Assembly (NCBI GenBank): GCA_048013815.1
Contig: CM106586.1
Coordinates: 11,470,001-11,534,000 of the forward strand
Length of the DNA stretch: 64,000 nucleotides
Direction of reading: 5' to 3'
From: Setoptus koraiensis
Lineage: Eukaryota > Animalia > Arthropoda
Made by a program: the position numbers and the translations under genes. The notes under the pieces are model-generated. The model saw only the letters and a program-made list of their open reading frames with translations. It searched no databases and had not been told where the DNA came from. Shown one piece after another: positions 46,201-58,000 of this stretch. The first letter of the stretch is position 1; each line of letters starts with the position of its first letter.

Positions 46201-49200
46201 CCTCGGCCTCTTGGCAAACATCAACAAATGAACTAGTCTCGCCATCCTCTTGGTCTTGGCTCTGATTTGACATTGAGCACGATCTCTGCGACGGAGATAT
46301 ACCCAGATGTTGAATGCTCTCAATCGATGATCTAGGATCCATGAGTGTATTATTGGACGACATGTGAGGATTGATGGAATCGTGTTCGGGCGTCTTACAT
46401 GGTCTGTCTAAATCTGATTCTCGCTTGTCATCCGACACGGACGGCAATGGAGTGGATGAAGTGTTAGATGGCAATGGCGACAGTTGGGTTGTTTCTCTTA
46501 TATCCAACAAACACTTGTCAAGAGCAATTGTTTTCTTATAATATTCGTGACTGTCGTAACTCATTGGTGGCCTGTATTTCAGTGATTTATTATCAGGATT
46601 GTACAGTTCGGCGCTGTAAGGATAATTTTCATAGAATTGTTTTGTATTGTTGATCAGTTTCTTTCTCATCCTTCTTGGGCCCTCGGTCAAATCAAGCGAC
46701 CATTTGTTCAATTGTGACCCGTGCTCTGGACCAAAGAGTGCTTTTTCTCGCAACAGTACCTCGTACTCGCATTCAAGCCATTCTTCGCAAACATATTTGT
46801 GCAAAGCCAAGTTCTGATTTGATTGCGACGATTGTAACTCAATCAAATCGTTGATAATTGATATGTGCGTTTGTAAGGCCTTTTCTATGGTTGCCTTACT
46901 AAGCCCAAAACATTTGAAAGAACTTGTGCCATTAGTGGCTGAATTGTTCGGATTTGAGGCATTCTGACCATCGGATGTCACTCTGGCGAGCTCTTTCTTA
47001 AATTGAATTTTCTCTGCGTTGCCCACACCTGAGGCCACTGAACCGGCTGTAGCGCCGACAACTCTACTCACAAAATTGGCAGCATTCACTACTTTTGTCA
47101 ATCGACCGCTCAATATATTAGCTGCGCTAGAGGTCCCTGGAATGGACAAAGATTCGCCTGATTTCAATGGTTTGGGTTTGCGCACTTTTTGCTCTTGATC
47201 AATGTAATTCAGCCAAACACGTAGACAAGTCTCATGTATGGTGGGCCGCAATTGGCTTAAATCGAGCGATGTTTCAAGAGAGAATGCTGGAACGGACAAA
47301 TTAACGCCGAGAGCCTCGGAGAGAATCGACTTCTTGCCCTTGTACGTTTCATCCCAGATCTTTCTAGCTATAGATGTTATCATAAGGACCGACGTGGGGT
47401 AATCATCCAATTGAGATTGATGGCTCATTGAATCGGTAGTTGAGGCGCTCGAAGTTGCGCTTGGCTGGTCAGCTGGGGCCAAATTAGCGTACCAGACAGA
47501 TCTCGATGTGTTTGAGATTTTGCCTTCATCAATCATTTGCATCAAACAATAGGTTAGGCAAACAAAGAATTCGGCCGAGTTAGGGCCTGGAATATGATCA
47601 TGAATTATCAATTGACGATGAGCATAGATCTTTCGTAATAGCTCCAAGATGAGTAACTTATCTGACATGTGCTCAACTGGCCGAGACAATGCAAACAATA
47701 CCACTCGGTTCATTGTTCGTTGCATTGATTGAGCACTGGTCGGTATCTGGCGTGGCAATAAGTCGTTGAATTTCAATATCTGCTCTAATAAACTCAATTG
47801 ATAATCGAGGATATCAGTGACTTGTTTCAAATCATTTCTGTACAATTCGTTTAACCAAATCTTATCAACAACTATTTGCGAAACCAAAATAGAGTTGGCT
47901 AGCAGAGATTGAAAATTAGCCCTATTATCTGCTGTAGAAATTGTTTGCATAGTGTGATGCCTCGCTGTAGAGTCGATGATCAATAGAATTTGCCTCATTA
48001 GCATCTGAATAAGCTCGCCCTGGGCTTTTTTGCAAGGAGATAATGCTTCTAAAAAGCGTTCAAAGGCTTGCATTTGAGAATCTATCAGTTGTCCCTGGTT
48101 ATTCTGTAGAAAATCTTGATCTGTCATGGAATCCAATATAATCAAGCGCGAAAACTCTAAAATAACCGATTTGGCAGGATGTTCAGTCATTAGCCTTTCT
48201 TTTGTTTGGTTTGTTTCCTGTGGATTTTCTTCGTAATTGAGCGGATTGGACGCGTTGTTTATAGAGTTGAATTCATTATCTTCCTGGAAGTTACTTGTCA
48301 CTTTACGACCATTACTAGATGCCGTTCTGGCTGGACTGATGGGATGAGGAAACAACGAGGTGTAGTCTGGCTTCATAAGGGTGTCTGCGATTGCATCGAC
48401 AAGATCTTTGTTGGTCTTACAATAAGTTTGGAATCCCTGATGATTGTTGTAGAAATACATCAAAAATTTTATGATATCAATAGGGTATGTGATCACTATT
48501 TCTGTTGGAGATTTCGAGGTACTTTCCATAGAGCTGGACAACGATTCGGGCTGCTCCTCTTTAGCGGGAAAAAATTCCTGACGCCAGATCAATTCTCTGA
48601 TCATGTAAACAATGCATACTACAATATCTCTACATTTGAATAGCATTGTTGATAAACTAACTCGTCTTTTGTGATGAGTTTCGCCTACAAGACAATCACA
48701 CAATGTGTCTAAACTGAGTTTATCGAAATTCTCAATAGTATCCAAAACATTTGGCGATAATTTTGAGAAATGATTCATCATTGCCTGACACAAAATTATA
48801 TAAATGCGAGGCCTGTCAACATGATTCGTCAAACAACAACTGAGTAAATAGAATCCCGGTGCATCAATTACTTCCTGTTTGATTGATTTCCGTTTTCCCG
48901 CCATACCAAATAATGCTCCAACATTAAAGCCCAACAATTGCATATTGAAACGGCCATCAATGGAAGAACTACTAGGCTGCTTTAGCCATCCACCATTATT
49001 GCTGCCCATCTTCAGCTTACTATACAGGTTGTCATTGGACAATATAATCATGAAGTTAACCAATCCGATGGTGACAGTATCAGAGTCTAGATAGGACCCA
49101 TTTATGAATAATAAGAACCAATCAAATCCCAGTATTCTAACTAGCTCCTCTTGAGTGGCCTGATTGATTTCATTTTGATTATTGCGTGTCATCATCTGTA

Positions 49201-52200
49201 GTAAACTCTTGAGAAGTATATTACGCAAGTTGATTATTTGCCTCGGGCGCTCTTGATTATCTGCTGGCATCATGGAGGCCAAATATTGGCCAAAATAGAG
49301 AATGTCTGTCTGTCTGGGGGTTCTATTCAACAACTCGTAGACGATTTGTTTGATCAAATAAATTGTCTTGGCATCAAATGATTTCGATGTCGTAGAGCTG
49401 TCATCGCTAGCACCAGCATGTTCTTCAATGTCTAGACTGGCTTGAACTACACTATGCTCCTTCAGTAGAATAAGCAGTCTTGGTAGTAGATCCATTTCTC
49501 TCAGCAATTTGAGATTCTTCAGTCTCAGATTATCGCCGTTAATAGAAAGTAAATTGTCTGCGCTAGGGGCATTTTCGTTTTGCTCTATTTTTGGTTGTAG
49601 TTGAGTAACAGGTGCCACCAATTCATGAATGAATTCTAGTACGGGATTTATAAGATCGATTTCCAGCCACAAATCAAAGGAATCGCATATGAGATCTCTT
49701 AGGGCTGTCACTTGGTGTATTTCGCGTATATTCTGCTCTCTCTTTGGTATTGCTTGCCTAACACAGTCGGTGACCAAAGAAAATGACAAATGTAATATGT
49801 GTGAATTGATCAGAGCTTTCTTCTTCCAGAAAAATACAGCCAATATCTGGTAGCCATTCATGTTGTTCATTTGAGTCTGAAGTTTTGAATTTAATCTTAG
49901 TGCACATACAAGAGCCTTCATACTGATGCAAAACGAATCAATTGTCTCGGCCTGAGCTACCAAACCGATCAATATTGCACATCCTCCGATATTATATAGA
50001 ACTTCTTGAGTGGGCGAGGGTACGAAACATCTAATTGATGAAAAACCCACGGCTATAGCGCCTATGCCTCGGCTAGATCCATTCAAGTGGCCACTAGTAT
50101 TGTGAAGAAGCATTACGGGAGTGGCGTTCTCGTGAACTGCAAGACCCATGACTCGGCTCACTTGACGACAATCGAAGCGAGTGTAAATTCTCCTCATACG
50201 TGCCAGAGTCAAGACAGATGTAGAGCGAGCGTCTATGCTCATTAAAACGCGCTCCTCTAACACCACGAGTGATGCTGTTGAAGGAATTGGCGATGGCGGT
50301 TGACTAGTGCTGGCAGCAGCAGACGAAGATATTCGTGTCAGGTGAGGGTGATGATAAGTATTTGTGGGAACAGCGGAAGTGGACTGTTGATGAAACAGAG
50401 CCTTATGATTCTGCGACGCGGAGGCACCAGGATTCAATTGACGCAACAGTTCATTCAATCGGGTTGAGCTTTGAAAATTTCCGATGTAGGCCGGGCCTAG
50501 ATTGTAAACAACTGAAACAAATGTGCTACTTGAAGGTTCCTCAATCAAGTGGAAAGCACCCTGTCTCCATGCTGACCTAAGCTGCAATCGGAGTTGTGGT
50601 AATGATCCAATAAATCCGTTCACAAACGCAGCTGAAGCACTAGATGCGCCACCGCTTCCCGGTGTTGGCGTTGACGATGTTAATGAGCCGACATAATTAC
50701 TTATGTAATTAATACGCTGGGAGTGTGCAAGCTGTCCATCGATGTAGACAAAGATGGTACTTTGTTTAAGTAAAGATCTATTGAGAGTAACAACAACATG
50801 ATGCCAGCGATTTTCCACCAACAGATGAGGTGACCATACTCTGAGATTGCAATCTGGATCGTAGATTGCACTTGATCGTTGTTCATCATCGTACAATAGA
50901 ATCTCCTGAGTTGATACCAGAAGTGCTCTATCAGATGCCGATATTTGGACCTTGAAACAAGAAAACTCTTTTCCGGTTGAAGCTGAGCCTCTATATAATG
51001 TTAGTAGTCTAATATTGTGCATAGGGTCATTGGAACGGGGAGGGAACTGATCTATGTAAATCCAAGTGGAAAATGTCAATCCGCTTGTTGGTGGGAATGT
51101 TCTTTCAGTGGATCCAATACCACCTAGAATACCATTCTTCTCTTGAGTATGCACATCTAATATATTATTCAAAAATGTACTACTGCTAACTGGCAAACCC
51201 TTCGCATTCACAGGTGCTATAGATGGCATGAACAATGTGGAAAAACCATCCAGACGCATGTCTATCTCAATGAACGGTGGCTGAGTATTAAATTCATTGT
51301 TTTTCTTGCTTGCTATCATGGCTACCAAAGTGGTTAGTCTAGAGGTTGATATCTTCTCTCTAGAGCCTGGTAGCTCGCCATTTTCTGTGATGGTTAACCT
51401 CTTTGAATCTTGTGAGGTCAATTTTGAAAGACTCTTCTGTTCATGATCATGCCTAGAGTATTTTTGAAATTCAATATCGTCTAAATTTTTACACTGAAGA
51501 GGCTCGGTCAAACGCAAAAATGATTTCAATTCTTTAGGAGTTATCAATTGTGTTGACAAGCGCTCCAACATGAACTGGCAAGGCTCGTGTAAGTAATGAT
51601 CTTGATCTATCAAAGCGATACGCCAATTCTCTTGTAACAACTCACTGATAAATCCGATCTCGCATAAAAGTTGCTGATTGCGTTCATGTTTAAGCAGTGA
51701 CCTCACAACTTCTGTCATGAAATACGTTAGCTCTTCGTCTGGACAAGATGGTATCAAGTCCATAATGGTCATTATAATGCAAGGAAAAACTATTATGGCA
51801 GGTTTTTGATGCTGGCTTTTTAGATCCAATGATGGCGGCCTTTTAGCATGGGCACGAATTTTTGGTGCACTGTGACTATTTTGAGACTCTCGAACACAAT
51901 TTTCAAGCGGATCTTCGGCCTCGTTGTTGGAATCTTTCATCGTAGATCTGGATAATGTTAGTTGGTCAAGCTCGACAGGACCATCCTCCTTGTCCAGCGC
52001 CATATCATACAAGTACCTGAACAATCTGCAGCATGCTTCTGCAGGCTTGAGATCCGCATTAGAGCCCAAAGAATATGGATCTTTTGTTGACATGAGGAAT
52101 ATATTCTTGTAATTTTGTATCGATTCAACAGTTGCAACATTTTTCAAAGAGAACGTTGATGACTTGGATAGAGTTCGTCTTGAAAGAAAACATCCCAGAA

Positions 52201-55072
52201 GATGTAGCGAGTCGGTGAACTTTGAACTGATATCCTGAGTAAAAAATCTCAGATTCGCTGGCTCGGATCTCATAGATACAACGATAGTTGAGAGAGCACT
52301 CTTGATAAGATACCAAATTTTCTTATTGCTTATTTGACGCCATCTCTTGTAAAAGTCGGCATCAACATTCGAAGGAGTTTCGCATGATGGTAGACATTTT
52401 TCCATCGTAACTAGAACAGATACAATATAGACAAAACCGCCGACTTTTCTGAACAAAGTCCTACATCTATGACTTTCCTTTAGAATGATCATGAGAGATT
52501 TAAGAATAGAAGTCTTCAAATGAACCTCTTGAGATATTAGCTTTATCATGTTTGGTGTGCTGTGCAACGATGAGCTATCACTTTGTTCAACCATATCCGT
52601 GTTTGAGTCATCTATAGTCTTGAGATCATCTAGGTTCCTGGCTAAAAGTCCAAGTAGATTCGCCAGGTGTTCGTCACCAGCCGAAGATAGTATCAATTGG
52701 CGTATTATGGCGAAAGCCATTTTCCTTAACTGTTTGACTGATGGTTTATTCAATGTTCTCTGGCTTGCGAATCTAGAATGACAACGGCTCTGATGATTGA
52801 TCGAGTGAGCGGATGGCGGTGGTGTATCATGAGAGTGACCATCATCACTACTGGAACCCTGATTTGGAGCTATCAAGTTAAAGAATTTTGGCGAGGCCAA
52901 ACAGTTAAATACATGCCTAGTTGCACCGCTCTCATTAAAGTGAGTACAGTTTTGATTATTTGGTCCAACTAATAAATGTAAACTAGTTTCAAATAATAAG
53001 TATAGTACAAGTAGTTTCTCTGGATCATCGTGCAGTTCTTGTTGTATAGTGTAGATTAAATGGTTTTCTATTGTGTTGAGTATGCCTAAGTCTCGATAAA
53101 TGTCGCTAAATCTTTGATTAAACTTGAGGCATGAGACGAACGTCCTTAGACACAGAATCAGTGTTGAGTCTGGGATTTCGCTACTAATCAAATCTTTTAT
53201 GGCCGCCAGTTCTTGACATGGAATGTAGTGAGTTTCTATTATGGCAAATTCAATAAACTTGAAGAGTTTCTGTTGGATTTTGTATGGTTTTTTGACAAGA
53301 TCATTGGTTAGAAAGTGTAAAAGTAGTTGCTCGCTCTCAAAAATAAAATAGTTGGACTTGTCATCATTGAAAAGAGATATTGTAGAATCTAAAGTAGCCT
53401 CTACCATATGATCATCATTGCATCTAGACCACGCAACTTTTAGTAAATCAATCACATCTAAATTACGTATATGATGCTTGGCAGTAGGCCGAGGTAAACG
53501 AAATTGTTCAAGCATCTCAAACTTGTCGATCGCCAGCGGCTTTGGATTGATTTTTAATTGAGATTCATCCGGTCTGAGACTGTTTATTTTAGATAGCTGT
53601 GTGAGAAGCTGTAGAATTGTTTTTCCGTGTTTCCTGCGTCTGTCTAGATCGAGGCCAGCCTCGCTTGTGGCAGAAGGTTGCTTGCTTAAAGATTGCGTGG
53701 AATAATCACAAGAGTTTCCAGTTGATGGAATGGACCTAGTCCCTATCATATCTTGATCTAAATCGAAGCTAGCCGCTCTACTTTCAGATGTGATAAGGTA
53801 ATCTACTTTCTTGATTAACTCTATTATGAGATCTGCACTTTGACTGGCTCTAAATTGATTCATCAATGATGCAACTCCTCCATGACTAGGATTATTAACA
53901 TCTATGTTATAAATAAAATCAATCAAATTTGATAACATTTCTACTAGCTCTTCAGTGGAGGCTGAAGATAATGACATTAACCTTTGCATATTATCAACAT
54001 AAACTTGAATGCAGGATTTTTGTTCCAAATATCTTAAATTTTGAACCATGGCGTGTTGGTCAGTGTATACATGTGAAGAAATAGCAAGAAGTGTTTGAGA
54101 TGCTGTGGTCCTCCATGATTGATTATATTTTGGACACTGGCTAGATGCTATGCTCATTAACAAAGAAAGATCGTCTTTTTTTACCAATTCATCTATCGCA
54201 GCTTGATTGGAACATAGTCGGACTAGAAGTTGCGTGAAATGATTTGTAAGAATGGTGCGTCGTTCTCTGGTGCTATTCTCGCATTCTAAATCCATTATGG
54301 CTGTTTGTGAAGTAATTGATTTTGATTTAGTGACGTTGGTAGTTGTCGTTGATGTGGTGATAAATACTTCTTCAGAGGCGATTGGCAAATCAAAAAATAA
54401 ATATAAACATTTCACTAGTGTCGATGGTAATGAGGCATCACAAAGAAGACTGATGATTTGCTTGTTAGAAGCTGAAATTAATACATTTAAGGTGAGTAGC
54501 AGATTCCACCCTACAGAGTTGTTTTTTTCGTTGTTGCAATCTGTTGTTGCTGTGTCTTGATTGTTATAAGGGCTTACTGGTATTTCTAAATAATGTAAAA
54601 TAGATTGAGAGGCTTCACCGGCACGCTTATTGCTAGCTCGTTGACGAATTTCCGAAACAAACAAGCGTGCAACTGTGTAGGCAAATGGCAGTAGATTAGA
54701 GACATTATCCAATTGTGCTAGATTAAGTTTTTGTTGGGCCAGTTTTGCGCTAAGACTTTCTTGTTGTTTGCCAGTGGTGGACGAAGCTGAGATCTCCTCC
54801 GAATATTGTTGTTGTTGAATAGATAATAAGTTGATGGGAGTAAAAACTTTTAAGAACAGAGGTAGAGTTCGATGTATCTTGTCAATAAATTCCGTTTGAT
54901 TGTGTGGCGTCGATGACATAGGGTTAGCCTGGTAGGTTTTAATGTCAGCCAATAGTCTGGATAGGTGTTGCAACTCAAGATTGGTTGTGGATGAATTGTT
55001 GTTGGGGGCCAATTGATTCGCTGCGGAGGCTTGTTGGGCCTGTTGGGCGGTCCAGTCCAAGAAGCGCCTCAT
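43220..55072 (-). CDS. WDFY3: WDFY3/Alfy/blue cheese BEACH-domain autophagy adaptor, 3950 aa, intronless, no FYVE domain
   Basis: [16 protein letters not shown] N-terminal motif, ConA-like region, PH, BEACH ([50 protein letters not shown]-like), WD40 repeats. Ends [14 protein letters not shown]. Confidence 0.93.
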   Translation of the reverse strand: [3950 protein letters not shown]

Positions 55073-58000
55073 GTTGTTGACGGCTATTTGTAACTGATCA
55101 TAAATATCCGTTTATAAATAAGACAATAATTTACACAAATGTTTTTGGGCGTGTTGATGAGCCTGTGTTGAGATTGTGCGATAATTTCAATGGATATTGA
55201 ATGGTGACAATGGGTGAATAATGGATTGGGCGAGGATAAAAAAGAAAAAATTCATTGTTTGTTGTTCATTTTAGGCACACACACATGCGCTGCGTTTGCA
55301 CATTATGAATCGATGTGCTTCGATGTCGATATTTTCGATTACAAGCTTACTGATGAAGTGTGTGCTCGTCGATGATATTTTCTATTGTTTTTGTCCTTCG
55401 TTGAAACGATAATAGCAGTGGATCATCTTGATTTTACGTGAACATAACGGTTCCAACATGCTGACAAACGGCTGACGGGCTGGCTTTGTTTGTATTGTGG
55501 ATTGGTGATGATAATTATAAAATTGTACAGTAGCTAGGACTGTTGCAAGTGCATGTGCTGGTCATACAAATTGTGTGATACAATTGATCGTAACGATGGT
55601 GGCTAGATGTGAGTCTCATATGATCAATTCGAAGGAGCAAACACAATATGCTGGGCATGTGTATTCAATAGTGTTTACCGCTGCTGTGACAACCACTTGC
55701 CTGCCATTTGTGAGTGAGTGTGTGTGTGTGAGCGAGTGTGTGGAAAAGTGATACCATTTATTACTTAATAATAACGATAATGACATAAGTCAACGTCTAC
55801 ATTTCGATGCATTAGTATAATACGTGTATATGTAATAGTAATGATATAATAGTATAAATAATGATGATATATATCGACGACAGCAACGGCAAGAATAATA
55901 ATAATAATAATAATAGTAATAATAGTGATAGTAATAATAGTGCAAGTGATGCTAGTATAGGGTGTGAGGACCAAGCGGCGTATGCACAGAAACACCTGCG
56001 CAACACAGAAGCACAGATAGTGAAAAGTAGTATTGTGTGCCTGTGTTGTACTGTGGCGCTAAACACGCTCAAACTCAAGCTTACGCACGAACTGTGCGAT
56101 TTAAGCAAGCACATGTTTTTCTGGTGCACTTAGATTAGTTTACAAAAGCTCCGCGAGGGCGGCGCTGCACTCCATTCTTCGTTGGACGAATTCTGAGCAG
56201 CGCCTCTGTTGGATATTTCTTAAAACATCGGTGCACATTGGAAGCAACGCGCAGTGTTTGTGCGAGAAAATGCACTGTGGAAGGCAGCGTAGCCTTTTTA
56301 GTTCAAAATACGTCGCTTGCTCCTCACACCCAATAATAATGGTAATAACAAGTAATGCGGCGCTGAACGCGAGCGAGCGACAAATAAGAACGAATTAAAA
56401 GACACACACAGCCCTGCTGTTCTGTTCCGTTTGAGCACGCTCGTTTTGTTCCGCGCGCACACGCGTGCCGTTGAGTAGCGTTTGCATAGTGTTTGAAATC
56501 GGCACACTGTGTGTAAACATAAATTGCCTTAGGTGAGCGGCCCGTGGCGGCGGCGGCGGCGGTGCATGCACCACCAGCACAACGATGCATGCACCAGCAC
56601 GACGACGATGCGACAAAAACAAGCCATGCATCATCTCCGCACGCTTCGTTCGTTCTATCGTTCGCTGGCTAGCTCTTTTGAACGCCAGGTTCGCTGGTAA
56701 TCACTTTCGAACAAGGCGCCCCTGCGAAGACCAGCCCGGCAAGACCGCCGAACAATCGCCAATTACGTATGTTGCTTGTGTGTGTCCATTTTGTTGATTA
56801 TTATCATTATCATTATTGCTTTTTCTTGGAATTCGCGCTATTGATGCAATTGCACGAACAAGCCACCAACTGCTACAAATTGTCGACAGCCACGGCCGGC
56901 AAGTAGCGACTACCATTGGCAAGCGCTCCATTTTCAATTGTGCTGTTGCGCAATTGTTTTGTCTCGTTTATTGCTAGCCCAGTCACTCACAAGCGCCCCA
57001 AGAGTCTCGATTTGATTCTGTCTAGACCACAGGTAACAGACTTTCCGCTGCAAGGGGCCAGCTCGCCAGCGCAGCCAGTCTGAGTGCACAGTTGGTGGGC
57101 TTGCCTAATGGACGGCAGCCGATACGCCTGTCAGCGGCGACGCCGACGACGACGACGACGACGACAATCATCTCGCACCGGGCACGGGTAGCCGAATCAA
57201 TGAAAATAAGCGATAGGTGAGATGGGCAAGATTTGAAGGTTACCGTGTGTATGCTTGGCGTGCCATTATATCGGCGCTCGGCCGGTGCCGGGCGGCCAAT
57301 GTGTCGTTCCGACGTGACGTCATAAAAAATGAACGCTTCGGTTGCACGGCTCACTGCAGGCGACGGCCATCGCTGGATTGACATGAATTTGAGACACACC
57401 GGCGGCCACTAGATACTAACAAGCACGCGAAATCCTTTGTCCACTTCATCACGATGCGCCCGGCGCAACAACGGGCCGCCACATAACGGGCCGCCACAAC
57501 GACCGGCCGCTGGCCATCATCACCGGGGGCGCAGTAGATTAGGCTCGGGTCGAGCCAGCGCGTACTCGCTCGCCCAAAGAAATCGTTGTGCCAGTTGAGA
57601 GCCAGCTCTAATAACAAGTGACAAGTGCCAAAGTAACTAGTAAGCCCTCGCGCGTCATGTCAGTATCGTCAGTTGCGAAAAAAATATCACACACTTACAC
57701 ACACACAGTAAAACTGGCATTGTCTGGGGGCGATAAGCTCGCTCTTGAAATTGTCGGCCGGCAGCGGGCGAATGGATCATCTCTCTAATGGAACAACATT
57801 GAAAAATTCGAGCCTCGACTGTTTTCTTGACGGCGCCCCAGTCGCTCTGTTGGCGGCCCGCGCCGTCTGTCAGTCTCGCTGTTTGTGGGCGCCTGTCTCG
57901 CTGTTGTTCGTTGGTCCGTCTTTATGCCGCTAGTCTAGTTATGCAAATAGCAACGATGCGATAGATAGCGCTCGACCGGGGGGGGGGGGAGCAGCCATCA

